A stretch of 64,000 nt of DNA from Candidatus Poseidoniia archaeon (lineage in GTDB: Archaea; Thermoplasmatota; Poseidoniia; MGIII; CG-Epi1). How positions within the stretch are numbered: the stretch's first letter is position 1; the number at the start of each line of letters is the position of its first letter. This document shows, one piece after another, positions 34,978 to 44,552 of this stretch. The position numbers were made by a program, and so were the translations under genes. Where the stretch lies: positions 78,594 to 142,593 of the forward strand of contig JASMLC010000003.1 of assembly GCA_030748895.1 (NCBI GenBank). Direction: 5' to 3'. Under the pieces are notes generated by a model. That model was not told the DNA's origin. It saw only the letters and a program-made list of their open reading frames with translations, and did not search any database.

Positions 34978-35857
34978 CGAACCACCCGCGCATGCCGCGC
35001 ACCGACCCCAGATGGGTGCCGGTCTGGTGCGGCCCCATTGCCAGCTCGGTTTGCGCCAGCCGGGGCCGCGCCGCCAGTAGCCGCGCTGTCGTCGCAACGG
35101 CATCCTCGCCAGCGGATACGCCGTCGGCGACGAGCGCCATCCATGTCTCGAATTCGTCGCGTACTTGCGCGATAGCCGCGCCGCCAGCGGCAGGGCGCGG
35201 GCCGAAGTGGGTGTAGTGCAGCCATTCCGCGTCGAGCGCCGCCAGTGCGTCGAGCGACTTGAGCGCCAGCGCATGGTCGTAGCGCGGCGGCGTGACCGGG
35301 AACGCGCAGTCCAGTTCGGGATACCAGAGCCCCAGCGCATCGCCGACGAAAACCTCGCGGTCGGCGACCCACGCGACATGGTGCGGTGCGTGGCCCGGCG
35401 TGTGCAATGCCCTGAGCTGCGTCGCGCCGAGGTCAACGACGTCGCCGTCCTCGACGGCGGCGACACTGTCCCGCGGGACAGGGAGCGGCTCACCGTACAG
35501 TTCTGCAATCTCCCCCAGGAAAACGCGGCTGCCCTCCCAGAGCCGCTGCGGGTCGATTACGTGCTTCTGCGCCTTCGGGTGAACTAGCGCACGCGCGTTC
35601 GGCAGCTCGCGCAGCAGGTGGCCACCGGCGCCGAAGTGGTCGAGGTGGATATGCGTCGGCAGCACCCAGTCAACATCTTCCGGCGTGAGGCCAGTAGCTG
35701 CAATGCCCTCCATGAGGCGCTCCAGTGCGCAGGCGGGGCCGGTCTCGATTATAGCATTTTTCTCGTCGAGCCATATATAAATAGTGATGAAGCCGGGAAC
35801 GCCATTCGGCTGAAGGTCGAACCAGAACAGGTGCTCTGAGTGGCGGTGCAGTTCCAC
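34964..35857 (-). CDS. MBL-fold metallo-hydrolase
   Basis: THIHLDHFGAGG (HxHxDH) and downstream His/Asp ligands (HTPGHAPHH). Confidence 0.85.
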   Translation of the reverse strand: MELHRHSEHLFWFDLQPNGVPGFITIYIWLDEKNAIIETGPACALERLMEGIAATGLTPEDVDWVLPTHIHLDHFGAGGHLLRELPNARALVHPKAQKHVIDPQRLWEGSRVFLGEIAELYGEPLPVPRDSVAAVEDGDVVDLGATQLRALHTPGHAPHHVAWVADREVFVGDALGLWYPELDCAFPVTPPRYDHALALKSLDALAALDAEWLHYTHFGPRPAAGGAAIAQVRDEFETWMALVADGVSAGEDAVATTARLLAARPRLAQTELAMGPHQTGTHLGSVRGMRGWFDAQS

Positions 35858-35934
35858 GCGCCCGCAGCGGTGGAGGGGTAAAACTACGCCGTCGGCCTTA
35901 AACCGGGGGCGCCAATCGCGTGGCCCGTTGAGTC

Positions 35935-37530
35935 ATGAAGTATATCATTGTGACTGGCGGTGTCCTTTCCGGACTGGGAAAGGGCGTAACCTCTTCCTCG
36001 ATTGGCGTGCTGCTACAGCGTGCCGGGTACCGTGTTACCGCGGTCAAGATGGACCCCTACCTGAACTGCGACGCGGGGACCATGAATCCTTACGAACATG
36101 GCGAAGTATTCGTCATGACCGATGGTTCCGAGGTCGACCTCGACCTCGGCAACTATGAGCGATTCCTCAACTGCAACCTCACCGCAGCGCACAATATCAC
36201 GACCGGAAAGGTGTTCCGCTCCGTAATCGAAAAGGAGCGTCGCGGCGACTATCTGGGGCAGACCGTCCAGATTATCCCGCACGTCGTACACGAAATCGTC
36301 GATTCGATGCGCGGCGCTGCCGAGAGCGCCTCGGCCGATATCTGCCTCGTTGAGCTTGGGGGAACGGTGGGCGACATCGAATCGATGCCGTTCATGGAGG
36401 CGGTGCGGCAGCTCCACCGCGAAGAGGGGCACGAGAACGTGATGTTCATCCACACTACACTGGTACCGGTGATTGGCGCTGTTGGCGAGCAAAAGACCAA
36501 GCCGACACAGCACTCGGTCAAGGAACTGCAGGGGCTCGGCATCCGGCCTGACGTTATTGTCGGCCGCTCGACCGACCCGCTCGAGCCGGATATCGCGGCC
36601 AAGATTGCCTTTTTCGCCGACATTCCTCCCGAGAACGTGGTTTCGGCACCCGACGCTGAGTCAATCTACCATGTCCCGATGCACTTCGTCGACCAGCAGG
36701 TTCCGCAGCTCATTGAGGAACGGCTGGGGCTGAAGCGCCGCGAGCCCGACATGACGCAGTGGCAGGACTTCGCCGAACGCGTCAGCAACGGCACGCGCGA
36801 AGTGGAAATCGCACTGATTGGCAAGTATACCGACCTGAAGGACTCCTACATTTCGCATGAGGAAACGCTGCGCTACGCCGGTGCGCTGGAGGATTGCCGC
36901 GTCCGCATCCGCTGGCTCGAGGCGCCCGACCTCGAAGAAGCCGGGAACGCCGCGGCACTGGAGGGCGTCAACGGCGTCGTCGTGCCGGGTGGCTTCGGCA
37001 ACCGCGGTGCCGAAGGCAAAATCATGGCGGCGCAATGGGCGCGTGAGAACGGCGTGCCCTACCTCGGTGTCTGCTTCGGTTTCCAGCTGGCAGTCATCGA
37101 ATTCTGCCGCCACGTCCTCGACCTTGAAAAGGCAAATTCCAGCGAGCTTGACCCGGATTCGGCCCACCATGTCGTGGACCTGCTTCCCGAGCAACACGAG
37201 GTGACCGAGATGGGCGCCACGATGCGGCTGGGAGACCACGATGTGGCGCTCGACAAAGGCGTCGCGAGCGAGCTTTACGGCAGCGACTCAATCCAGGAGC
37301 GGCATCGCCATCGCTTCGAAATCAATCCAGACTACATCGAGCGCATCGAGGCGGCAGGAATGCGATTCACAGGTCGCGACACCTCGGGCCGCCGCATGGA
37401 AGTGCTGGAATTGCAGGGGCATCCCTACTTCCTGGCATCGCAGTTCCACCCTGAGTTCAAGTCGCGTCCCGACGCGCCTTCGCCGCTGCATCTGGGACTG
37501 GTGCGCGCAGCGCTCGAGTATACAGCATAA
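35935..37530 (+). CDS. pyrG: CTP synthase
   Basis: [17 protein letters not shown] at the N-terminus. GATase domain GVCFGFQ with the H/E catalytic residues. 531 aa. Confidence 0.95.
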   Translation: MKYIIVTGGVLSGLGKGVTSSSIGVLLQRAGYRVTAVKMDPYLNCDAGTMNPYEHGEVFVMTDGSEVDLDLGNYERFLNCNLTAAHNITTGKVFRSVIEKERRGDYLGQTVQIIPHVVHEIVDSMRGAAESASADICLVELGGTVGDIESMPFMEAVRQLHREEGHENVMFIHTTLVPVIGAVGEQKTKPTQHSVKELQGLGIRPDVIVGRSTDPLEPDIAAKIAFFADIPPENVVSAPDAESIYHVPMHFVDQQVPQLIEERLGLKRREPDMTQWQDFAERVSNGTREVEIALIGKYTDLKDSYISHEETLRYAGALEDCRVRIRWLEAPDLEEAGNAAALEGVNGVVVPGGFGNRGAEGKIMAAQWARENGVPYLGVCFGFQLAVIEFCRHVLDLEKANSSELDPDSAHHVVDLLPEQHEVTEMGATMRLGDHDVALDKGVASELYGSDSIQERHRHRFEINPDYIERIEAAGMRFTGRDTSGRRMEVLELQGHPYFLASQFHPEFKSRPDAPSPLHLGLVRAALEYTA

Positions 37531-37560
37531 GTTTATAACTAGCCAGAGCCCCTCGGGGGC

Positions 37561-37854
37561 ATGTCCGAAGAGGATAGAGAATACCCTGAATTTACCGCCC
37601 CGGCGCCTACGGCTGAGAGCGACGGGCCTAATGTAGGCGTTATCCTTGCCGCTGTTTCTGGCTTGCTGGTAGTGGTTGGCTTCTATTTCGGATTCACCAG
37701 CCTGCAGGCGATGGGCGAAGGACTGGTAGCTGCCGACATGGATGCACAGCAGGGGCAACTCATGCTGGGCTACCTGCTGATTACGGGTGGCATATTCCTA
37801 GCGGCGCTGCTCTCGCTGGGCGGCGTTATCCGCGGCTTTTTCTCCAGCGACTAG
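37561..37854 (+). CDS. Small two-TM membrane protein
   Basis: Acidic N-terminus followed by two hydrophobic helices (VILAAVSGLLVVVGFYFGF, LGYLLITGGIFLAALLSLGGV). Confidence 0.4.
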   Translation: MSEEDREYPEFTAPAPTAESDGPNVGVILAAVSGLLVVVGFYFGFTSLQAMGEGLVAADMDAQQGQLMLGYLLITGGIFLAALLSLGGVIRGFFSSD

Positions 37855-38231
37855 ACCGTTACTGTCCGGGTCAGTTTGAGGTCCAGCAGGCCATCGCTTA
37901 GCAGGACTGTGTAGCTGAAGGTGGTCGAGCTACCGTCGGTGCTGCTTGAATCCAGCTTCAGCACCAGCGCATAGCCGTGTGCCGCAAAACTGTTCTCGAA
38001 CTCCCCTGATGCTGTAGCGAATGCCGCCTCGGCAGTCGCGCCGCCATCCAGCTCGGCGTCCAGCGCCGGCGGCAGGTGTGCGTCGAGCATTGTCAGTAGC
38101 GGTGCCGGGTCGTGCCGCTCGCCCTGGTACCGGCCCAGATTGGCCGAGTGGGAAACCGAAATCGAGATAGTGAGCAACGTCAGCGTCATCAGCAGGCCAG
38201 CTATCATCAGCATCTGGCCGCGGTTGTTCAT
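37851..38231 (-). CDS. Pilin-like protein with a class III signal peptide (minor pilin)
   Basis: MNNRGQ|MLMIAGLLMTLTLLTISISV is a class-III-like processing site. Last gene of the pilus operon. Confidence 0.5.
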   Translation of the reverse strand: MNNRGQMLMIAGLLMTLTLLTISISVSHSANLGRYQGERHDPAPLLTMLDAHLPPALDAELDGGATAEAAFATASGEFENSFAAHGYALVLKLDSSSTDGSSTTFSYTVLLSDGLLDLKLTRTVTV

Positions 38232-38668
38232 GCTGTCCCCCGCGGGCCATACCAGAGGCTCAGTTCAAGCTCCCACAGTTCGGAACCGGCCCAGACCAGC
38301 CGGAAGGCGATGCTCACTGTCCCTTCTGGCGTGCCGCGCTCGACCAGCGCCTCACTGCTCCCACCATGCGTCCCCGTCAGGCGATAGCTCGCCGCCGCCG
38401 GCAGCCCACCGTCCAGGTACAACTGCAACGCGCTGCTGTTATCCTCGCTGAGCCAGGTCGCGAGCGTCGATTCGCCTGCGCCAGTCTGCCACTCATCAAG
38501 CACCTGCAACAGCTGCATCCCCTGATGGTGCAAGTTGTCGTCGCCAACCCGGGTCGCATCGCTGGCTGGCAAGCTGATAACCGCGACGTTGACCGCCGAG
38601 GTGAAGAGCGTCGCGACCAGCAGGACCTCCAGCACGTGCATCTGCGCCGCGCGGCCGGGCAACTTCAT
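38228..38668 (-). CDS. Pilin-like protein (minor pilin)
   Basis: N-terminal MKLPGRAAQMHVLEVLLVATLFTSAVNVAV is a hydrophobic helix after a basic segment. Operon context. Confidence 0.45.
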   Translation of the reverse strand: MKLPGRAAQMHVLEVLLVATLFTSAVNVAVISLPASDATRVGDDNLHHQGMQLLQVLDEWQTGAGESTLATWLSEDNSSALQLYLDGGLPAAASYRLTGTHGGSSEALVERGTPEGTVSIAFRLVWAGSELWELELSLWYGPRGTA

Positions 38669-38669
38669 T

Positions 38670-39857
38670 TCAGGCGACAGTACCTGGACTGATGACCGAA
38701 GTAGCGATTCCCATCATTTCGAAGATCAGCCAGCCGATGAAGAGCAACATCGAGGAACGGTTGAACGCCGAGTAGAGCCTGCCAGTGGACATGAAACCGG
38801 CCGCCATGCCGTTGCCAATGCTCTGGACAATTATGCTGTAGAGGAAGATTGTCGAAATCCAGACTTCGTTCAGGTTGCGCACCTGTAGGTTACCGATAGA
38901 CATCGAACCTTCTGCGCCGGTGGCAGAGGCGGAATCGGCAATCGCCGGGACGAAAGTGTTGGCCAGGACAAGGATAATAATCAGGTAGACCAGAAACGAA
39001 GTGTAAACCACCATGATATAGCTGGTAACTTCCTGCGCTCGCTCAGTCTCGAGCGCCTTGATTTCCTTGGCATCATACGAGGCGGCGAGCAGGATGTCCG
39101 AAATGCGGCCTCCCGCACGGTTGGCCTCATCAACCATGCGGACCGCCCGAGTCACGATTGGTGATCGGACTCGCTCGGTGAACATCCCCAGCACCTCACC
39201 GAAAGAAATTCCCCATGAAATCTGAGTCGACATCTTGTGCACTTCGTCGTTGAGGTTTCCATACTCTCCCCGCGCCAGCGTCTGGATAGCAACGGTCATG
39301 CTGAGACCACCCTTCCAGTACTCAGCCAGATCGCGCAGGAAGTCGGGGAATTTCTCCTCGACCCGCGCCCGAAGCTTGTCTTCACGCCAGCCCCATATGC
39401 CATAAGGCAGCATTAGCGCAATCAGTGCGAAAACGTAGTAGTCAAGGGTCGAAATTTCAGGATAGTGTCGATACCAGGTTATGGCTTCTACATCCTCATC
39501 GATACCGCTAATCAGAGGGTCAGCGTCACGGCTCTCGTTCTTGGCAATCGAAGGGAGGCCATACATATTGGGCGTAATCGTGAAGGGGCCATCGTTCATG
39601 GCCTCCGGATTGTCGAACTGCGAGTCACCGTCGAAATCGGTGACGTGCGTTGTCAGGTCGGCCTGGTGGTTCAACTGCCCCAGCGCGATGAGCGCGCCAC
39701 CCATCATCAGCGAGAGGAAGACAACGACATAGGCCGTAATGTCAGTCTTGCCCCCCTTCACCTCGAGCCACTTTTGCGCCAGGCGGTAGGTCATCCAGCG
39801 CCGCTTCTTGCCGGTCCGCTCATCGCGGTAGACCCGTTTCTCGAGATTACCAGCCAT
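38670..39857 (-). CDS. Type IV pilus assembly membrane protein, TadC/FlaJ-like (single T2SF domain)
   Basis: T2SSF-like region DFLRDLAEYWKGGLSMTVAIQTLARG...RAVRMVDEANRAGGRISDILLAAS flanked by TM helices. Confidence 0.75.
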   Translation of the reverse strand: MAGNLEKRVYRDERTGKKRRWMTYRLAQKWLEVKGGKTDITAYVVVFLSLMMGGALIALGQLNHQADLTTHVTDFDGDSQFDNPEAMNDGPFTITPNMYGLPSIAKNESRDADPLISGIDEDVEAITWYRHYPEISTLDYYVFALIALMLPYGIWGWREDKLRARVEEKFPDFLRDLAEYWKGGLSMTVAIQTLARGEYGNLNDEVHKMSTQISWGISFGEVLGMFTERVRSPIVTRAVRMVDEANRAGGRISDILLAASYDAKEIKALETERAQEVTSYIMVVYTSFLVYLIIILVLANTFVPAIADSASATGAEGSMSIGNLQVRNLNEVWISTIFLYSIIVQSIGNGMAAGFMSTGRLYSAFNRSSMLLFIGWLIFEMMGIATSVISPGTVA

Positions 39858-40798
39858 TAATCGATTGCGACCTCATTGCTCAGTGAGAGGAAAATATAGG
39901 CGAAGAAAATCTGGATTATCGGGAACATCAGGAAGACCATTATGTAGAGGTGCTCTTCCTCCAGTTTCATCCCGGACCCGGAAACCCAGAAAGTAATCAC
40001 GGCCATAATCATCGCGAAAATTGGCAGTGCCACCGCCATCACCACATACGCTTCCGCAAAGAGTGCCATCTGCTGGATGACGCTCTTCACATGCACCCGG
40101 TTGGCCTGAGCGTAGTATTCTGCCCGGTTCAGGAAGTAGAGCTTCAGGTTACCGCCCGAGGTAAGCGTGCCAACAATTCCCTGCAGGAACTCGGCAAACC
40201 GTTCCGAGGGCGACCGTTCGACGCCCTCCTTGAGTGTCGTCACCAGGTCACGGCCCATGAATTCGATGGAGTGGTAAATCCAGGCGGCGTCGCGCGAAAT
40301 CTCGCCATAGATATCCTCGTTACGGGCGAGCGACTTGAAAATCATCGCCGGCGTTGCGTTAGCCGCCGCCATCGCTGCCGTGTAGCTGGCGGCGAAGGGC
40401 AGCTTGCGGTCCATATCCGTAGCGCGCGAGCCGACTCTCAGCCCGGGCTCGAGCCAGTTCACCATCGCTATCAGCAGCGGCAGCACGATAACCAGCACCA
40501 GCGCCAGAACGGCCTGTATAAATTCCGAGACGATAATCGGCTCACCGTTCGGGCCGGTCATCTGCGCCAGGAATGGCACGCCGACGGCAATGAACGCAAA
40601 CACCAGTACCAGTCCGGCGATAAATGTAACTAGAACCTGCATCGCGGCGTGGGCAACATAGCCTTCGGGCAGCAGCGGAATGCGTGCCTTCACGAGCTGT
40701 TGCTTGAGCTTGTAGGAATCCTTGGTCAGCAAGCGACCCAGCCAGCCGAAAAGGAGCAGGCTGAGCGACTGCAGACCGCTTAGAACCACCGGTGCCAC
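39857..40798 (-). CDS. Type IV pilus assembly membrane protein, TadB/FlaJ-like (single T2SF domain)
   Basis: T2SSF-like region FAEFLQGIVGTLTSGGNLKLYFLNRAEYYAQANR plus TM helices. Stop/start overlap with the next gene. Confidence 0.75.
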   Translation of the reverse strand: MAPVVLSGLQSLSLLLFGWLGRLLTKDSYKLKQQLVKARIPLLPEGYVAHAAMQVLVTFIAGLVLVFAFIAVGVPFLAQMTGPNGEPIIVSEFIQAVLALVLVIVLPLLIAMVNWLEPGLRVGSRATDMDRKLPFAASYTAAMAAANATPAMIFKSLARNEDIYGEISRDAAWIYHSIEFMGRDLVTTLKEGVERSPSERFAEFLQGIVGTLTSGGNLKLYFLNRAEYYAQANRVHVKSVIQQMALFAEAYVVMAVALPIFAMIMAVITFWVSGSGMKLEEEHLYIMVFLMFPIIQIFFAYIFLSLSNEVAID

Positions 40799-43056
40799 CA
40801 GCGCGGATTGGCCGAGCGCTCAACACGCTTCGCCAGTTCAGCCTGCAGCTTGGTCGTAGCCTTGGCCTGCCGGGCCTCTTCCTTGGCTGCTGCGCTCGCC
40901 TGCTTGTCCGGGCTGGAGGCGAGCTTGACCTGCCGCGCCTCGGCCCCGACACGGGCAGATAGCTCACGGTTACACGACTTCAGTAGCCGGCCCGCTTCGC
41001 GCACGGACAGGCTGGAAACATCTCCAAGCCCGAGCTGCGCCGCGGCAGGCGTCAGCTGTCGCAGCGGGGCGTAGCGGGCCTGTGCCTTCAGCATATCACG
41101 CTCGAGATAGGCGTCCGACTTGGCGCGTCGGGTCGCCTCCTTTGCCTCAAGCTTGGCGCGCTTGCCTTCATCGTCAGTTGCGGCCGCCCGGGCATCGGCC
41201 TTCGCACGAGCCGCTTCTTCCTTGGCTAATCGCTTCTGGAACTTCTGCTGCACCTTGGCCGGGAACTCGGTGATATCGACACCCTCCTCGGCCGCGCCAG
41301 CACCACTCAAGTCAAGGTCACGGTCCTTCATCTTGCGGCGACGTTTGCGGCCGCCCACCTGCAGGTCAGCGTAAACCTGGCGCATCACGTCCTCGGGGTG
41401 TACGTAATACTCGGCCACTACACGGGCAAAGTCGCGATAGTCCCGGATACTCTTCTTGAGGCACCACTCAATGACCAGCTGCCGCCGCTTGATTTCATCC
41501 ATGATTTCAACGCGGTTCAGGTTAGCTTTCATCATGATTTTCTCAAGCACGTAGGACTTGCCGGTGAAGACGAACTCGTCGGTGGCGTTGTCCCAGCGGA
41601 AAGCCTCGTTGGTCAGCAACTCGTGCGAATGGGGATCAATACCGATAATCTCGACGATGTTCTTGTTGCGCCGCACGCGCTTCCCACCAACGCGGGTCTG
41701 AATCTGGATTGAAATCGCGTCAAGCGATGGAATCAGCACGCGCGGAATCTCAATCGGCTTGTTCTCAAGCCGGTGCACCAGACTCTGGATTGAATCGGCG
41801 TGGAAGGTGGAATAGGTAGTGTGCCCCGTCGCCATGGCCTGGAACAGCACATAAGCCTCTGCGCCACGAATTTCTCCCACAATGATGTATTCCGGCCGCT
41901 CACGCAGCGCTGCTCGCAGCAGGTCGTACATGTCGACCACTCCCGCCGCCTTGACGCCCGCCATGGCGGATTCACCACCGAAACCCTCGCGGGTACAGCC
42001 GGGAATCCAGTTGGGATGCGGCAGGTTCAGCTCACGCGTTTCCTCAATACTCACAATCTTGTGCTGCCACGGCAGGAAGAGCGAGCATGCGTTGAGCGAA
42101 GTGGTCTTGCCGGAAGCAGTACCACCGACAAACAGCATCGACATGCCGTATTGCATCGCGAGCCAGAAGAAGGCAATCTGCATCGAGGAGAAGGTCTTGA
42201 ACTCTAGCAGGTCCACCGGCGTGAACGGTTCGTCACGGAAACGCCGGATGGTAAAGGTCGAACCTTTCGTGGAGACCTCACGGCCCAGCGTCATGACGAT
42301 ACGCGAGCCGTCCATCAACGTTGCGTCGAGCAGCGGTTCAGCAATCGAGATGTGCTTACCGCAGCGTTGTGCCATGCGGATGATGTATCGCTCCAGCTCG
42401 AATTCGTCAGACCAGAGGACATTGGTCCGCAGCGACTCGAAGCGCCGGTGGTAGACGAACACCTCGACGCCGGGGCCGTCGCAGGAAACATCCTCGATGT
42501 TCGGGTCGTGCATCATGGTATCAATCATGCCGTAGCCCACCAGGTCACGCTCGATGTAGTAGTGGATTTTCTCGCGGTTGCTCTTGCGGCTCGGAAGCCG
42601 GTACGCGTCGAGGATGTCGTCAACCGCCTGATGCAGGAACTCGTCCTGCCCCTCCTCGAGGGTCTCGCGGCTGATGTTGAGCGCTCGCTGGAGCACTGAC
42701 TGGATAGTGTCCAGATCCTGCTTCTCCTGCTCGCTCGCCTTGGGTTCGACAACGTAGTAGAATCGTGAATAGTCACGCTTGTCGAACAGGATTCTGACAT
42801 AGGAGAAGGGTGGCCTTACGGGGTAGGTGTCGAGTTCCTCGAAATCCTCGCCCAGCTCGATGTCGTCCATGACGAGGTCGTGGATGACGCCTGCCTTCTC
42901 GGCCGCCTTGCGGGCCTGCTCCTGCTGCTTGCGTTCCTTGCGCAAGCGCCGTTTTTCACGCCATGAAAGCTGGCTCTCGTCGACCGTTTCCTCGGACGGC
43001 GATAGCATACCAAGAGGGTCTGATTCCGTGTCAATCGAGTCGCCGGCAGCTCCCAT
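40780..43056 (-). CDS. FlaI/ArlI/TadA-family secretion ATPase with an acidic N-terminal extension and a charged coiled-coil C-terminal extension of about 200 aa
   Basis: Walker A GGTASGKTT, Asp box, Walker B and His box (EIRGAEAYVLFQAMATGHTTYSTFHA). The core is about 520 aa and the protein 758 aa. The K/R/E/A-rich tail ends NPRWWHRWF. Confidence 0.85.
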   Translation of the reverse strand: MGAAGDSIDTESDPLGMLSPSEETVDESQLSWREKRRLRKERKQQEQARKAAEKAGVIHDLVMDDIELGEDFEELDTYPVRPPFSYVRILFDKRDYSRFYYVVEPKASEQEKQDLDTIQSVLQRALNISRETLEEGQDEFLHQAVDDILDAYRLPSRKSNREKIHYYIERDLVGYGMIDTMMHDPNIEDVSCDGPGVEVFVYHRRFESLRTNVLWSDEFELERYIIRMAQRCGKHISIAEPLLDATLMDGSRIVMTLGREVSTKGSTFTIRRFRDEPFTPVDLLEFKTFSSMQIAFFWLAMQYGMSMLFVGGTASGKTTSLNACSLFLPWQHKIVSIEETRELNLPHPNWIPGCTREGFGGESAMAGVKAAGVVDMYDLLRAALRERPEYIIVGEIRGAEAYVLFQAMATGHTTYSTFHADSIQSLVHRLENKPIEIPRVLIPSLDAISIQIQTRVGGKRVRRNKNIVEIIGIDPHSHELLTNEAFRWDNATDEFVFTGKSYVLEKIMMKANLNRVEIMDEIKRRQLVIEWCLKKSIRDYRDFARVVAEYYVHPEDVMRQVYADLQVGGRKRRRKMKDRDLDLSGAGAAEEGVDITEFPAKVQQKFQKRLAKEEAARAKADARAAATDDEGKRAKLEAKEATRRAKSDAYLERDMLKAQARYAPLRQLTPAAAQLGLGDVSSLSVREAGRLLKSCNRELSARVGAEARQVKLASSPDKQASAAAKEEARQAKATTKLQAELAKRVERSANPRWWHRWF

Positions 43057-43066
43057 TCTTACTCGT

Positions 43067-43522
43067 CTATCCTGCGGTCAGGGTGACCACTTGAGATGTT
43101 GCGTCATACTGCACGACTATATAAGAAGTGCTAGAGTACACTTTCCCATCTATAGCCGTGGCGGGCGCAAGCGGAAAATCCGCTGTGTATCGACCCCCCA
43201 CAGGAGCCTTGCTGACCACTTTCAGGCCGGTCTCGGTACCGATTATCGTGTAGAGCACGCCGTGCTCCTCGGTGGCGGCGGGAATACTCAGAGTGGCGTC
43301 AATTCCGGGATAGGCACGGACCATCGCGAGCAGCTCCTCAACCAGTTGCTGCAGTCGCACGCCCACCTGTTCCACCTCTTCCTGTGCCGTGAAGGTATGG
43401 TTGCCCTTCAGTACGTCGGCGACCGCCACGGTCACCGACGACAGCAGCAGTACTGCCAGCAACGAGGTGTAGATGAACCCTATTTCCTGCGCGCCTGACT
43501 CAGCGCAATCCAAACGATACAT
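43067..43522 (-). CDS. Pilin-like protein (minor pilin)
   Basis: N-terminal ...SGAQEIGFIYTSLLAVLLLSSVTVAV is a class-III-like hydrophobic helix. 151 aa. Operon context. Confidence 0.45.
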   Translation of the reverse strand: MYRLDCAESGAQEIGFIYTSLLAVLLLSSVTVAVADVLKGNHTFTAQEEVEQVGVRLQQLVEELLAMVRAYPGIDATLSIPAATEEHGVLYTIIGTETGLKVVSKAPVGGRYTADFPLAPATAIDGKVYSSTSYIVVQYDATSQVVTLTAG

Positions 43523-44492
43523 GCACCGTCCTCTCCATCAGGCGTAGGTCCAGCGAGGTCACCTGCGTCAGGTATACCTCGTCATGCTGTAGGTCACGGC
43601 TGAATCCCCACAGGGACTGGAAGAAGCCGTAGGTTGCATACTGCGCGTCGCCTTTCACGACGATTCGCAAGCTGTAAGCCGCAATGCTCCCGGAATCGCT
43701 GCCGCCCTGGTTGCGCAGCGAGAAGTCAAAGTTGGAGGGGCCAGTCATACTGCGCATCTGCGAGCCACTGTTGTTGTAGGTAACGAGGTAAAGTGACAGC
43801 GCATCCACGTTTCCGCTGCCGCGCACCAGCGGGCGGTCCTCGAAGTAGTATCCGCCACCCGGCTCATGCGACAGTACCCCGCCGTTGAACAATCGCATCT
43901 GGAACTGCCCTGCCGTCGAGCGGTACTTGTAGGAGAGGACATCCTGCATGTAGTAGCGGAACTCGCCGATGGCGGTACCGTTGGCGGCAGCAGCGGTACC
44001 GGTCACGCCCGCCACGATGGGGGGCAGCGGTCCCAGCCGGTTGCCGTCGGTGTCACCGCTCCAGACAGTCCCGTTGGGGTAGGTGATGGTGACCGTCAGC
44101 GTCGCCACGGTTTCGGTCAGGTCCTCGACGCGCAGGATTGTGGCGCCCGCTTCCACGTTGCGCGCCGAAAGCTGCGCCCAGGAGACGGTGCTCCAGCAGA
44201 GCAGCAGGTCTTCCTGCGCCTTCTTCAGCGTGAAACTGCCCGAGCCGAGCGAGACGGTCGAGGTGCGCGAGGCGCCCTCACCCTGTAGCAGCACCTGGTC
44301 CATGTCAGCGTCCAGATTGAGCAGGTTGGAGCGCGTCGTCGCATACTGCGCCCACGCCTCATTGTTCTGGATTTGCGGGATGCCCCACGCCAGCATGGTA
44401 CCTACGATGGTGACCATCATTACCATAATCAGGATGGTGCCGATAATCTGGCTTACACCATCCTCGTCGCGAGGCAGGAGCTGGCGCTTCAC
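43500..44492 (-). CDS. Archaeal type IV pilin (major pilin/adhesin candidate, 330 aa)
   Basis: MKRQLLPRDEDG|VSQIIGTILIMVMMVTIVGTMLAW is a class III signal peptide. First gene of the locus. A TATA (ttttatag) lies about 50 nt upstream on the minus strand. Confidence 0.7.
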   Translation of the reverse strand: MKRQLLPRDEDGVSQIIGTILIMVMMVTIVGTMLAWGIPQIQNNEAWAQYATTRSNLLNLDADMDQVLLQGEGASRTSTVSLGSGSFTLKKAQEDLLLCWSTVSWAQLSARNVEAGATILRVEDLTETVATLTVTITYPNGTVWSGDTDGNRLGPLPPIVAGVTGTAAAANGTAIGEFRYYMQDVLSYKYRSTAGQFQMRLFNGGVLSHEPGGGYYFEDRPLVRGSGNVDALSLYLVTYNNSGSQMRSMTGPSNFDFSLRNQGGSDSGSIAAYSLRIVVKGDAQYATYGFFQSLWGFSRDLQHDEVYLTQVTSLDLRLMERTVHVSFGLR

Positions 44493-44552
44493 GCCTTCGC
44501 CACGCGGTGGGGGACTAAAAAGCGTGCGTGCCGAACAGCGCTATAAAAGTCG

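Noticed and set aside
39855-39860. Apparent 1-nt discrepancy between my line-based position count and the track coordinates at the TadB/TadC junction
   Set aside because: Both flanking ORFs are internally consistent with the track (lengths divisible by 3, correct stop/start codons). The discrepancy is a counting slip on my side, not a frameshift. Track coordinates are used.
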